From Acidimicrobiaceae bacterium RAAP-2 (lineage in GTDB: Bacteria > Actinomycetota > Acidimicrobiia > Acidimicrobiales > RAAP-2), in contig LMAD01000002.1 of NCBI GenBank assembly GCA_001443545.1, forward strand, positions 61,251 to 125,250: DNA of 64,000 bases. Direction: 5' to 3'. Both the position numbers and the translations under genes were made by a program. Below, piece after piece: positions 8,127 to 15,142 of the stretch (position 1 is its first letter; each line of letters begins with the position of its first letter). A model generated the notes under the pieces. That model did not search any database, was not told the DNA's origin, and saw only the letters and a program-made list of their open reading frames with translations.

Positions 8127-9394
8127 ATGAGCTCCTCTTCGCGTTCGAGCGTCGGCACCGAGGTGTAGTGGTGCGTGGATCGACTGGCGACGCAGGACTG
8201 ACCGCGCACGTGGTCTTCGACGTGCGCGGCGAAGACCCGTAGCGCCGAACGCACGAGTCGAACGACGCCGTCGGGGTGCCGGCAGGCGCCGCGACCTTCG
8301 ATGGCGCCGCAGCGGTCGAGGAGTCGCTCGTAGGCCGCGGCGGCGTCGCGGGCGTCGAAGGCGAGGTGCGCCAGGTCCTCGGCGATCGCCGGGAGACCGA
8401 ACGCGCACGGTCCGCATTGGCGGGCGCTCTCGTTGGCCATCCATCGTGCGATGCGCTGGGTCTCGACGATTCCACAGCCCGAGCGCGGCAGGACGATGAT
8501 GACCCCGGCGCCGACCGTCGACTCCAGGGGCCCGAGGGCGTCGTTGGTGTAGGGGGCGTCGAGGTGGCGCGCGTCGAGCCACGCACCTCCGTACCCGCCC
8601 ATCAACAACGCTTGGGGGTCGAGGTCGGCCCCGGCCCGCTCCAGGATCGAGTGCAGGGGGGTGCCGAGCGCGACCTCGAGCACCGTGGGGCGCGCGACCG
8701 CGCCGGTTACCGAGACCAGGGTGCTACCGGGGCTCGACGGGGTGCCGAGGCGTCGGAACCAGTCGCCGCCGTAGCGCCCGATGAGCCCGACGTGCGCGCA
8801 CGTCTCGGCGTTGTCCAAGAGGACCGGCGCGTGACCGATCCGCAGGATGTGGGGCCGCCGGGGCCGGTATTGGGGGAGCGACTCGTTGTCGTCGAGCCAG
8901 TGCACGAGGGCCGACTCCTCACCCGCGACGTAGCGCCACGGCGGCGTGTGCAGTTCGAAGGTGGCTCCGCGCATCGATCGCCGATCACGTTCGTGGATCG
9001 CGCGTTGGAGGTGGTTCACCATGACCGGGTTGTCTCGTGACACGCACACCGCGATATGTTTTGCGCCGACGATCCCGGCCAGGTGCTCGGCGCCGTCGAG
9101 CACGAGATGCGGGTTCGCGCTGATCAGGGTTCGGTCCTTGTGCGCCGCGGGCTCGCCTTCCATGGCGTTGACGATGACGAACTTGTTATGACCACGGAGT
9201 TCGCGAATCAACTTGGCCTTGCGCCACGTCGGAAAACCGGCACCGCCGCGGCCCGTGAGCCCCGACGCCTCGAGTTGCTCGAGTGAGGGCGCCGAGGGGG
9301 GCATCGGGCCGAAGGCCTCCTCGTGCTGGGCGAGGGTCAGTGGTCGGTCAGCGGCCTGGTGCAGGACCCGGGGGAGTTGGTCGGGGGAGATCAT
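8117..9394 (-). CDS. NuoF-like NAD(P)H-binding FMN/4Fe-4S protein (respiratory complex I 51 kDa subunit family)
   Basis: GLTGRGGAGFPTWRKAKL, VNAMEGEPAAHKDR, ESARQCGPCAFGLPAI, GRGACRHPDG. The ATG overlaps the upstream stop (ATGA at 9391-9394). Confidence 0.8.
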   Translation of the reverse strand: MISPDQLPRVLHQAADRPLTLAQHEEAFGPMPPSAPSLEQLEASGLTGRGGAGFPTWRKAKLIRELRGHNKFVIVNAMEGEPAAHKDRTLISANPHLVLDGAEHLAGIVGAKHIAVCVSRDNPVMVNHLQRAIHERDRRSMRGATFELHTPPWRYVAGEESALVHWLDDNESLPQYRPRRPHILRIGHAPVLLDNAETCAHVGLIGRYGGDWFRRLGTPSSPGSTLVSVTGAVARPTVLEVALGTPLHSILERAGADLDPQALLMGGYGGAWLDARHLDAPYTNDALGPLESTVGAGVIIVLPRSGCGIVETQRIARWMANESARQCGPCAFGLPAIAEDLAHLAFDARDAAAAYERLLDRCGAIEGRGACRHPDGVVRLVRSALRVFAAHVEDHVRGQSCVASRSTHHYTSVPTLEREEELIWE

Positions 9395-10119
9395 CGTGGT
9401 CGTCGCTTCTGGGGTCGATGGGGCGCGGGAGCGGCGGGGGGCGATGGACGCGTGGTCGCGTCACCGCGCCGGTCGGGGAGGTCCTGGTCGAAGGGGCGTG
9501 TGGGCGCCGCGACGTGGTTTGATCGGCGCGGTTCGGGATCGACCACCGCACCGAGCGGGGAGAGGGCGGTGCGTCCCGCGGCGCGCGTCGGGCGTGCGAA
9601 GTATCGCCACGAGGCCGCCCCGGCGACGACCGCGAGACAGAGCACGACGACGACGAGGCCCACGCCCTTTCGGGCGTCCGTGCCGGTCGTCAAGGCGTGC
9701 ACGATGGAGATCGCGAAGGCGAGCCAGCTAAACCAGTGGATGAATCGCCAGCTCTGATTCGCGATGCGAACCTTGAGCAGGCTCGAGACCCAGACGGCGA
9801 TCATCAGGTCGAAGGCGATGGTGCCCAGGGCGACGGGGAGCCGCTTGTAGGAAGAGATGAAGGGCACGACGGTGGCGAGCGGCCCCGTCGAGACGTAACT
9901 GTCCACGACGGTGGTGAGGATGTGGACGGCGAGGAAGGCCATGGCGACGGCCGAGATGGTGCGGTGCAACTCGTTGAGCTCGAAGCGGCCGACCGTCGTG
10001 CCGCCGATGCGGTTCGCGACCAACGTCCCGAGCGACACCACGAGCGTGAACAGCACCAAGGTGACCAGACCGGTGGCCCGAGTCGTGTACCACAAGTAGG
10101 GCGAGGTTAAGGCGATCAC
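9391..10119 (-). CDS. Ferric-reductase/NOX-like bis-heme transmembrane protein (no fused dehydrogenase domain)
   Basis: Six predicted TM helices. There are two His pairs, spaced 14 and 13 residues (LHRTISAVAMAFLAVH; IHWFSWLAFAISIVH). GTG at 10119 overlaps the apbE stop (GTGA). The C-terminal tail is Pro/Arg-rich and disordered-looking. Confidence 0.75.
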   Translation of the reverse strand: MIALTSPYLWYTTRATGLVTLVLFTLVVSLGTLVANRIGGTTVGRFELNELHRTISAVAMAFLAVHILTTVVDSYVSTGPLATVVPFISSYKRLPVALGTIAFDLMIAVWVSSLLKVRIANQSWRFIHWFSWLAFAISIVHALTTGTDARKGVGLVVVVLCLAVVAGAASWRYFARPTRAAGRTALSPLGAVVDPEPRRSNHVAAPTRPFDQDLPDRRGDATTRPSPPAAPAPHRPQKRRPR

Positions 10120-11012
10120 GTTGTTGCCTCCACTGGCCAGCCGCCGACGAACTCCACCGTACCGTCGCGCCGAACCAGTCGCGCCGACCAACCGGCTTGG
10201 GCGACGTGATAGGGCGCGTCTTCACCCCAGAGCAGTGCGGCGGTGGCGAACGCGTTGGCGTGGAGGCAACTATCGGCGGCGACGGTGACGGTCGCGTAGG
10301 GACCGTCGGCCACCGCACCGGTGCGCGGATCGATGATGTGATTGACCAGACGACCTTCGACCCGCCAGGTCCGCGTCGTGAGCGACGACGTGGCGACCCC
10401 GCCACCGGCGATCCGCACGCGCGGCTCCTCTCCGGTGATCGCGAGGCGGTCGGCGATGCCGACCACCCACGGCCCGCTCGGTCCGGCGCCGCGCACCGCC
10501 ACGTCACCACCGATCTCGACGACGATCCCGCCGCGTTCGGCCACCTCGTCGGCGACGAGGTCGGCCACGAGCGCCTTAGCGCTCGCTCCGAGGTCGAGCT
10601 GACAGCCCGGGTCGAGTCGAACGGTGCGTTCGACGCGATCGATGGCGATCGCGCCGACCCCGGGAGGCGCGACGACCGGGGGCTCGTTCAGGTCGACGCG
10701 ATCGCGAACCTCGTCGTAGTCTCGGTCGTACCCCCACGCCAGCAGAGCGGGCAGCACGGTCGGATCGCAGAGCCCGTCGGTCAACGTCGAGGCCGTCACC
10801 GCAGCGTCGATGGCTCGCAGCAGGGTTGGCGACACCGTCGTGGTCTGACCCGCGCTGGCGTTCAGTCGCGACAACTCGCTATCGCGACTGAACCGATTGC
10901 ACGCCTCGTCCATCGACTCGATCCAGTACCAGAGCCGTGTCGTGGCGTACGCCATCGTCTCGGGGTGCTCGGTGACGAGCGTGCCCGTCAGACCCCACGT
11001 TGAGAAGTTCAT
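10116..11012 (-). CDS. apbE: FAD:protein FMN transferase (ApbE family), no signal peptide or lipobox visible
   Basis: CNRFSRDSELSRLN, LDLGASAKALVADLVADEV, VEIGGDVAVRG, HIIDPRTG: ApbE family motifs. Confidence 0.85.
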   Translation of the reverse strand: MNFSTWGLTGTLVTEHPETMAYATTRLWYWIESMDEACNRFSRDSELSRLNASAGQTTTVSPTLLRAIDAAVTASTLTDGLCDPTVLPALLAWGYDRDYDEVRDRVDLNEPPVVAPPGVGAIAIDRVERTVRLDPGCQLDLGASAKALVADLVADEVAERGGIVVEIGGDVAVRGAGPSGPWVVGIADRLAITGEEPRVRIAGGGVATSSLTTRTWRVEGRLVNHIIDPRTGAVADGPYATVTVAADSCLHANAFATAALLWGEDAPYHVAQAGWSARLVRRDGTVEFVGGWPVEATT

Positions 11013-11015
11013 GGG

Positions 11016-11363
11016 TCAGTAGCAGACCGTGGAGCCCGATGGCGTCGTGTAGCAGGTCGGCGTCGTGGTCACCGGGGCCGTGACCGGTGGCGTGTAAACG
11101 GTCGTCGGGGTCACGGCGGTGGCCGGCGTTCCGGTCGGGCGGGGCGCGGTCGTCGGGGTGACGGCCACCGTCGACGGGGTCGTCGCGGTGCCGGTACCGG
11201 TGACGGGGGGGTGGAAGGTCGTCACGGGCTTGGCGGTGCTCGCGGCGTATCCGACGAAGACCCCCGAGGCGAGGCCCGAGCCGATGAGGACCGACTGGGT
11301 CAACCGGCGGACGCGAGCGAATCGACGGTCTCGCTGCTGGGGGGTACGGGAGTAGGTGCGCAT
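11016..11363 (-). CDS. Exported Thr/Pro-rich mini-protein with a C-terminal Cys-bracketed loop (CYTTPSGSTVCY)
   Basis: The N-terminus has RDRRFARVRRL followed by a hydrophobic stretch (SVLIGSGLASGVFVGYAAS), so it looks like a signal or anchor. The remainder is T/P/V-rich. AGAGGAA SD lies before the ATG, and there is a 3-nt gap to apbE. Confidence 0.65.
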   Translation of the reverse strand: MRTYSRTPQQRDRRFARVRRLTQSVLIGSGLASGVFVGYAASTAKPVTTFHPPVTGTGTATTPSTVAVTPTTAPRPTGTPATAVTPTTVYTPPVTAPVTTTPTCYTTPSGSTVCY

Positions 11364-11439
11364 TTCAAATTCCTCTGCTAGAAGTCTGACACCCCTGGCT
11401 AAGCGTTGGCTGGGTGAAAGTTAAGAAAGTGGTGAGCGT

Positions 11440-12792
11440 TCAGTCGACGATGTCGTCGGTGGTGGGCAGGACCATCGTGAATCGAGCCCCCCCGAGCTGG
11501 GGATCCTGATCGACGCGAACGGTGCCGTGGAACTCGTCCACGACCTGGGCCACGATGGAGAGGCCGAGGCCCGACCCCGGCAGCGAACGAGCCGACGCGG
11601 AACGCCAGAACCGGTCGAAGACCTGGTGGCGTTCGTCGGCCGCGATGCCGGGTCCCGAGTCGGACACGGTGACGACGCCGTCGTTCGAGCGCACGAGGAT
11701 TCGACCGTTGGCGGGGGTGAACTTGATGGCGTTGGTCAACAGGTTGCTGATGGCGCGCACCAGGCGGTCTCGTCGGCCGGTGACCGACGACGGAGCGACG
11801 TCGACCTCGATGTCGATGTCCTTGATCCGGGCGTAGGTACGCGCAGTGTCCACGCACTCGTCCACGCACTCGTCGAGTCGCAGCACCTCCACGAGTCCCT
11901 CGCTGCGATCGCCCCGAGAGAGTTCGCCGAGGTCGGTCACCAGTGCGGCCAGTTCGTCGACTTGGGTGACCATGTCATTGGTCAATTGACGAAGGTCGTC
12001 GGCGGGCAGTTCGCTGGCTCGAGAGAGTACTTGGGCGTTGGTTCGCAGACTCGTCAACGGGGTTCGCAACTCGTGGCTGGCGTCGGCGACGAGCTGACGT
12101 TGGAGGCTCTCGCTCGACTGGACCGAGTTCATCAACCGGTTGAAGACCCGTCGGAGCCGGCCGAGCTCGTCCTGGCCGCCTTCGTCGATGCGCCGTGAGG
12201 TGTCGCTGGTCTCGGCGACCTCCTCAATCTCGTTGGTGACCGCCTCCAGTGGACGAAGCGCGGCGCGCGCGATGAGCAGTCCGAGCACGAGGGCGAGCAG
12301 GAGACCGCCGGCCGCCACGGCGAGCAACGTGCTCGCCAGGTGGCGCAACTCGCCGACCTGACCGTTGATGTTGACCACGAAGAGTTCGGCCGAGGTGGAA
12401 GCAACGGTGCACAGGCCGGTCTGGCACGCGACCACCGATTTGGCGGGCAGCGGCACGATGAGTTCACGGTAGGCCTCACCACCGAAGGTGACGGTGCGCA
12501 GGGTCTGCGCCGCGTGGCCCCGAGCGACCGCGCGCACGACCGAATCGATTGGCACGTTCGACGTCGGGATCGTGGTGCCACTGGCCAGGACGAGCTCGAA
12601 GTAGGCGCCCGTCACCCGACTCTCGTCGCCGACGGGGTGGGACGTCGGCGACTGGGCCGCTTGTATCAACGAGATGTCAACGGAGCGCAGCAGCGCGTTG
12701 CGGGTCGTCCAGAACGACGCCAGGCTCGCCAGCAGGACCGCCACGGCCGCGACGCCGACGGTGGCACTGATGACGCGAAATCGGAAGGTCAC
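11440..12792 (-). CDS. Two-component sensor histidine kinase (2 TM, HAMP, HisKA, HATPase_c)
   Basis: ADASHELRTPLTSL (H-box), NLLTNAIKFTP (N-box), DSGPGI, GSGLGLSIV. The GTG start overlaps the response-regulator stop (GTGA at 12789-12792). Confidence 0.9.
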   Translation of the reverse strand: MTFRFRVISATVGVAAVAVLLASLASFWTTRNALLRSVDISLIQAAQSPTSHPVGDESRVTGAYFELVLASGTTIPTSNVPIDSVVRAVARGHAAQTLRTVTFGGEAYRELIVPLPAKSVVACQTGLCTVASTSAELFVVNINGQVGELRHLASTLLAVAAGGLLLALVLGLLIARAALRPLEAVTNEIEEVAETSDTSRRIDEGGQDELGRLRRVFNRLMNSVQSSESLQRQLVADASHELRTPLTSLRTNAQVLSRASELPADDLRQLTNDMVTQVDELAALVTDLGELSRGDRSEGLVEVLRLDECVDECVDTARTYARIKDIDIEVDVAPSSVTGRRDRLVRAISNLLTNAIKFTPANGRILVRSNDGVVTVSDSGPGIAADERHQVFDRFWRSASARSLPGSGLGLSIVAQVVDEFHGTVRVDQDPQLGGARFTMVLPTTDDIVD

Positions 12793-13484
12793 GAGGTGCG
12801 TAGGGCGTAGCCCACCCCGCGAATCGTTTGAATGAGTCGCGGTTCGAGGCCTTCTTCGAGCTTGCGACGGAGGTACCCGATGTAGACGGCGAGCGAATTG
12901 GTCCCCGAGTCGAAGTTGTAGCCCCAGACGAGGTCGAGGATCTGGTCTCGGGTGAGTACCTGGCGCGGGTGCTGGAGGAACAGCTCCAGCAGGTCGAACT
13001 CGATCTTGGTCAGTTCGATGCGACGTTCACCTCGGTGGACTTCGCGGGTATGGGGGCTCAGCGTGAGATCCTCGAAGCGCAGGACCGACTCCTCGCCGTC
13101 ACCGACGTTGTGGCGACGCAGTAACGCGCGCAGGCGCGCCAGCAATTCGGCGAGGTCGAACGGTTTGACCAGGTAGTCATCGGCGCCGACGTCGAGGCCG
13201 GCGACGCGGTCGTTGACCGCGTCGCGCGCGGTCAACATGAGGATCGGGGTGATGTCGCCCGCGCGTCGAATGCGCCGACAGACCTCGAGCCCGTCGATGT
13301 CGGGCAACTGGAGGTCGAGCACGATCGCGTCGGGGGCCCGCAGCTGGATGGATTTCAGCGCGGAGCCGCCGTCCTCGAAGAGTCCGACCTCGTAATTCTC
13401 CATGCGCAGCGCCCGTCCGAGTGCGGTCCGAATGGCGCCGTCGTCATCGACAATCGCGATGTACGAACTAGGACTGGGGGCCAT
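12789..13484 (-). CDS. OmpR/PhoB-family response regulator
   Basis: IAIVDDD...DAIVLDLQLPDIDG...MLTARD...KPF, with a winged-helix C-terminus (LTKIEFDLLELF, VYIGYLRRKL). ATG at 13484 is preferred (AGAAGG SD); the tracked ORF starts at GTG 13505. Confidence 0.9.
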   Translation of the reverse strand: MAPSPSSYIAIVDDDGAIRTALGRALRMENYEVGLFEDGGSALKSIQLRAPDAIVLDLQLPDIDGLEVCRRIRRAGDITPILMLTARDAVNDRVAGLDVGADDYLVKPFDLAELLARLRALLRRHNVGDGEESVLRFEDLTLSPHTREVHRGERRIELTKIEFDLLELFLQHPRQVLTRDQILDLVWGYNFDSGTNSLAVYIGYLRRKLEEGLEPRLIQTIRGVGYALRTS

Positions 13485-13592
13485 CGTCACGTCGCCTTCT
13501 TTCACCGGTGGGGCCAGGCTCTAGTGTGGCTGATTGGTATTAACCGTCTTCGTTGATTCGTTAAGAATTAGCGAAGACTCGTTTTACTGTAG

Positions 13593-13668
13593 TGGCGGGT
13601 AGTTCAATCGGCAGAACAGCGGACTTTGAATCCGAAGGTTGGAGGTTCGAGCCCTCCCCCGCCAGCCA
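13593..13668 (+). tRNA. tRNA-Gln (anticodon UUG), CCA encoded
   Basis: Hand-folded cloverleaf. Acceptor TGGCGGG/CCCGCCA (U1-A72), anticodon loop CTTTGAA, T arm GGAGG-TTCGAGC-CCTCC, discriminator G, then CCA. Confidence 0.85.
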
Positions 13669-14586
13669 CTACTCCCGGGCTTCGGCGTCCCGAGGGCAGA
13701 GCCGCCCGAGGAGGGCGGCCAGTTCGAGGGGGGCGTCGCCCTGGATCGAGTGGCCCGCGTTGGCCACGTGCACGATGGTCGCGTCGGGACGGCGTCGCGC
13801 GAACTCGGCTTCGTCGTCGTCATCGACGACCGAACCGGGCGCCATCCCACGGATCAGGGTCAGCGGGACGGGAATCGATCCGATGAGATCCCAGAGATCG
13901 CCGAAGTCGGGCTGGGACGTCTCGGCGACGGGGTGTTGTTGGTGGCGCCAGACCCAGGAGCCGTCAGGGCGCTGGATCGCGTTGTGCAAGATCCCTCGTC
14001 GCAGGGACGAGACTGACCGGGTGGGGTTGAAGCGAATCGTCCGGTCGAGCAGCGCGTCGAAGTCGTTGAAGGTTTTGGGACCGTTCACGAACTCGGTGAT
14101 GTGACCGGCCTTCTTCGCGTCGACGCCGGGCGTGATGTCGATCAGAATGAGCGAGGAAACGAGGTCGGGACGCTGGGCGCTCAGGACGATCGACGTGAGG
14201 CCGCCGAGTGACATGCCCACGAGCGGGCGAGGGGGGGTGATCAGCTGGCCGAGCGCCATCGCGAGGTCACTCGCGTGGCTGGCGATGGCGGCCGACCCGT
14301 TCGGGCTGGCGTCGGAGTGGCCGTGCCCCGGAAGGTCAAGTGCCAGCAGCGGACGTTGCATCGCGAGGGCCACGGTGTCGAACGTGTGGGCGTTCTGCGC
14401 CCCGCCGTGGACGAGCACGAGTTCGGGGGATTCCTCACCCCAACGCAGCCCACTCACCTGGCGCAGCCCATCGACGGCCACGAAGAATCGACGCACCGGC
14501 GGGATAGGCGAGGTCAGCCCCCACTCCGCGAGATTCTCGTGGAAGTACGCGAATTCGTTGTAGTCGTTTACACCCACTGAGGGCAT
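13669..14586 (-). CDS. Alpha/beta-fold hydrolase
   Basis: LVLVHGGAQNAHTFD, nucleophile elbow GMSLGG, C-terminal AGHSIQ. The stop codon directly abuts the tRNA-Gln 3' end. Confidence 0.85.
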   Translation of the reverse strand: MPSVGVNDYNEFAYFHENLAEWGLTSPIPPVRRFFVAVDGLRQVSGLRWGEESPELVLVHGGAQNAHTFDTVALAMQRPLLALDLPGHGHSDASPNGSAAIASHASDLAMALGQLITPPRPLVGMSLGGLTSIVLSAQRPDLVSSLILIDITPGVDAKKAGHITEFVNGPKTFNDFDALLDRTIRFNPTRSVSSLRRGILHNAIQRPDGSWVWRHQQHPVAETSQPDFGDLWDLIGSIPVPLTLIRGMAPGSVVDDDDEAEFARRRPDATIVHVANAGHSIQGDAPLELAALLGRLCPRDAEARE

Positions 14587-14611
14587 CGTAGAAGATGCCA
14601 GCGCGGGTCGA

Positions 14612-15019
14612 TTACACCTCGGCGGTCTCCGCTGCGTCAGTGGTCTCTTCCGCTTGCGCGGCGCGCTGCTCTTCGACTTGGCGATGGACGTCGGCCATGT
14701 CGACCTCCATGACCTTGCCGATCAGTTCGTCGAGGGCCCGCTCGGGCAACGCGCCCGCTTCGGCGTAGAGCACGACCTGTTCGCGGATGATCATCAGCGT
14801 CGGGATCGAGTAGATGTTGAAGGCGGCCGCCAACTGCTGTTCGACCTCGGTGTCGACCTTGGCGAAGACGAGGTCGGGGTAGGTCTCGGACGCCTTTTCG
14901 AAGATGGGCGCGAAGGTCCGACACGGTCCACACCAGGCGGCCCAGAAGTCGATCAGCACGACGTCATTGGACGAGACGACCTCGTCGAATCGATCGGCGG
15001 TGAGTTGTACGGTCGCCAT
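14612..15019 (-). CDS. Thioredoxin with an acidic C-terminal extension
   Basis: VLIDFWAAWCGPCRTFAPIFE (WCGPC active site), GAAGGAG SD, about 30 extra acidic residues at the C-terminus. Confidence 0.9.
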   Translation of the reverse strand: MATVQLTADRFDEVVSSNDVVLIDFWAAWCGPCRTFAPIFEKASETYPDLVFAKVDTEVEQQLAAAFNIYSIPTLMIIREQVVLYAEAGALPERALDELIGKVMEVDMADVHRQVEEQRAAQAEETTDAAETAEV

Positions 15020-15054
15020 AGTGCTCCTTCTGCGTCTCGGCTACGAGAACCAGT

Positions 15055-15072
15055 ATACCCCCTGGGGTATAA
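15055..15072. promoter_or_regulatory. Perfect inverted repeat TATACCCC-CT-GGGGTATA in the divergent trx/glmU intergenic region (candidate operator overlapping two -10-like hexamers)
   Basis: Read directly from the sequence. The minus-strand hexamer TATACT (15053-15058) and the plus-strand hexamer TATAAA (15069-15074) each overlap one half-site. Confidence 0.45.
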
Positions 15073-15142
15073 AGTCATGACGGTCATCTCGGGGACCACG
15101 GCCGGCGCGTCGCGCGGAGTCGTTGGTGCTAGAGAGTAGGGC

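Noticed and set aside
15079-15141. 20-codon ORF (MTVISGTTAGASRGVVGARE) between the palindrome and glmU as a possible leader peptide
   Set aside because: There is no SD and no recognisable regulatory codon run. It lies in the same frame as a long antisense shadow ORF (14654..15139). The evidence is insufficient.
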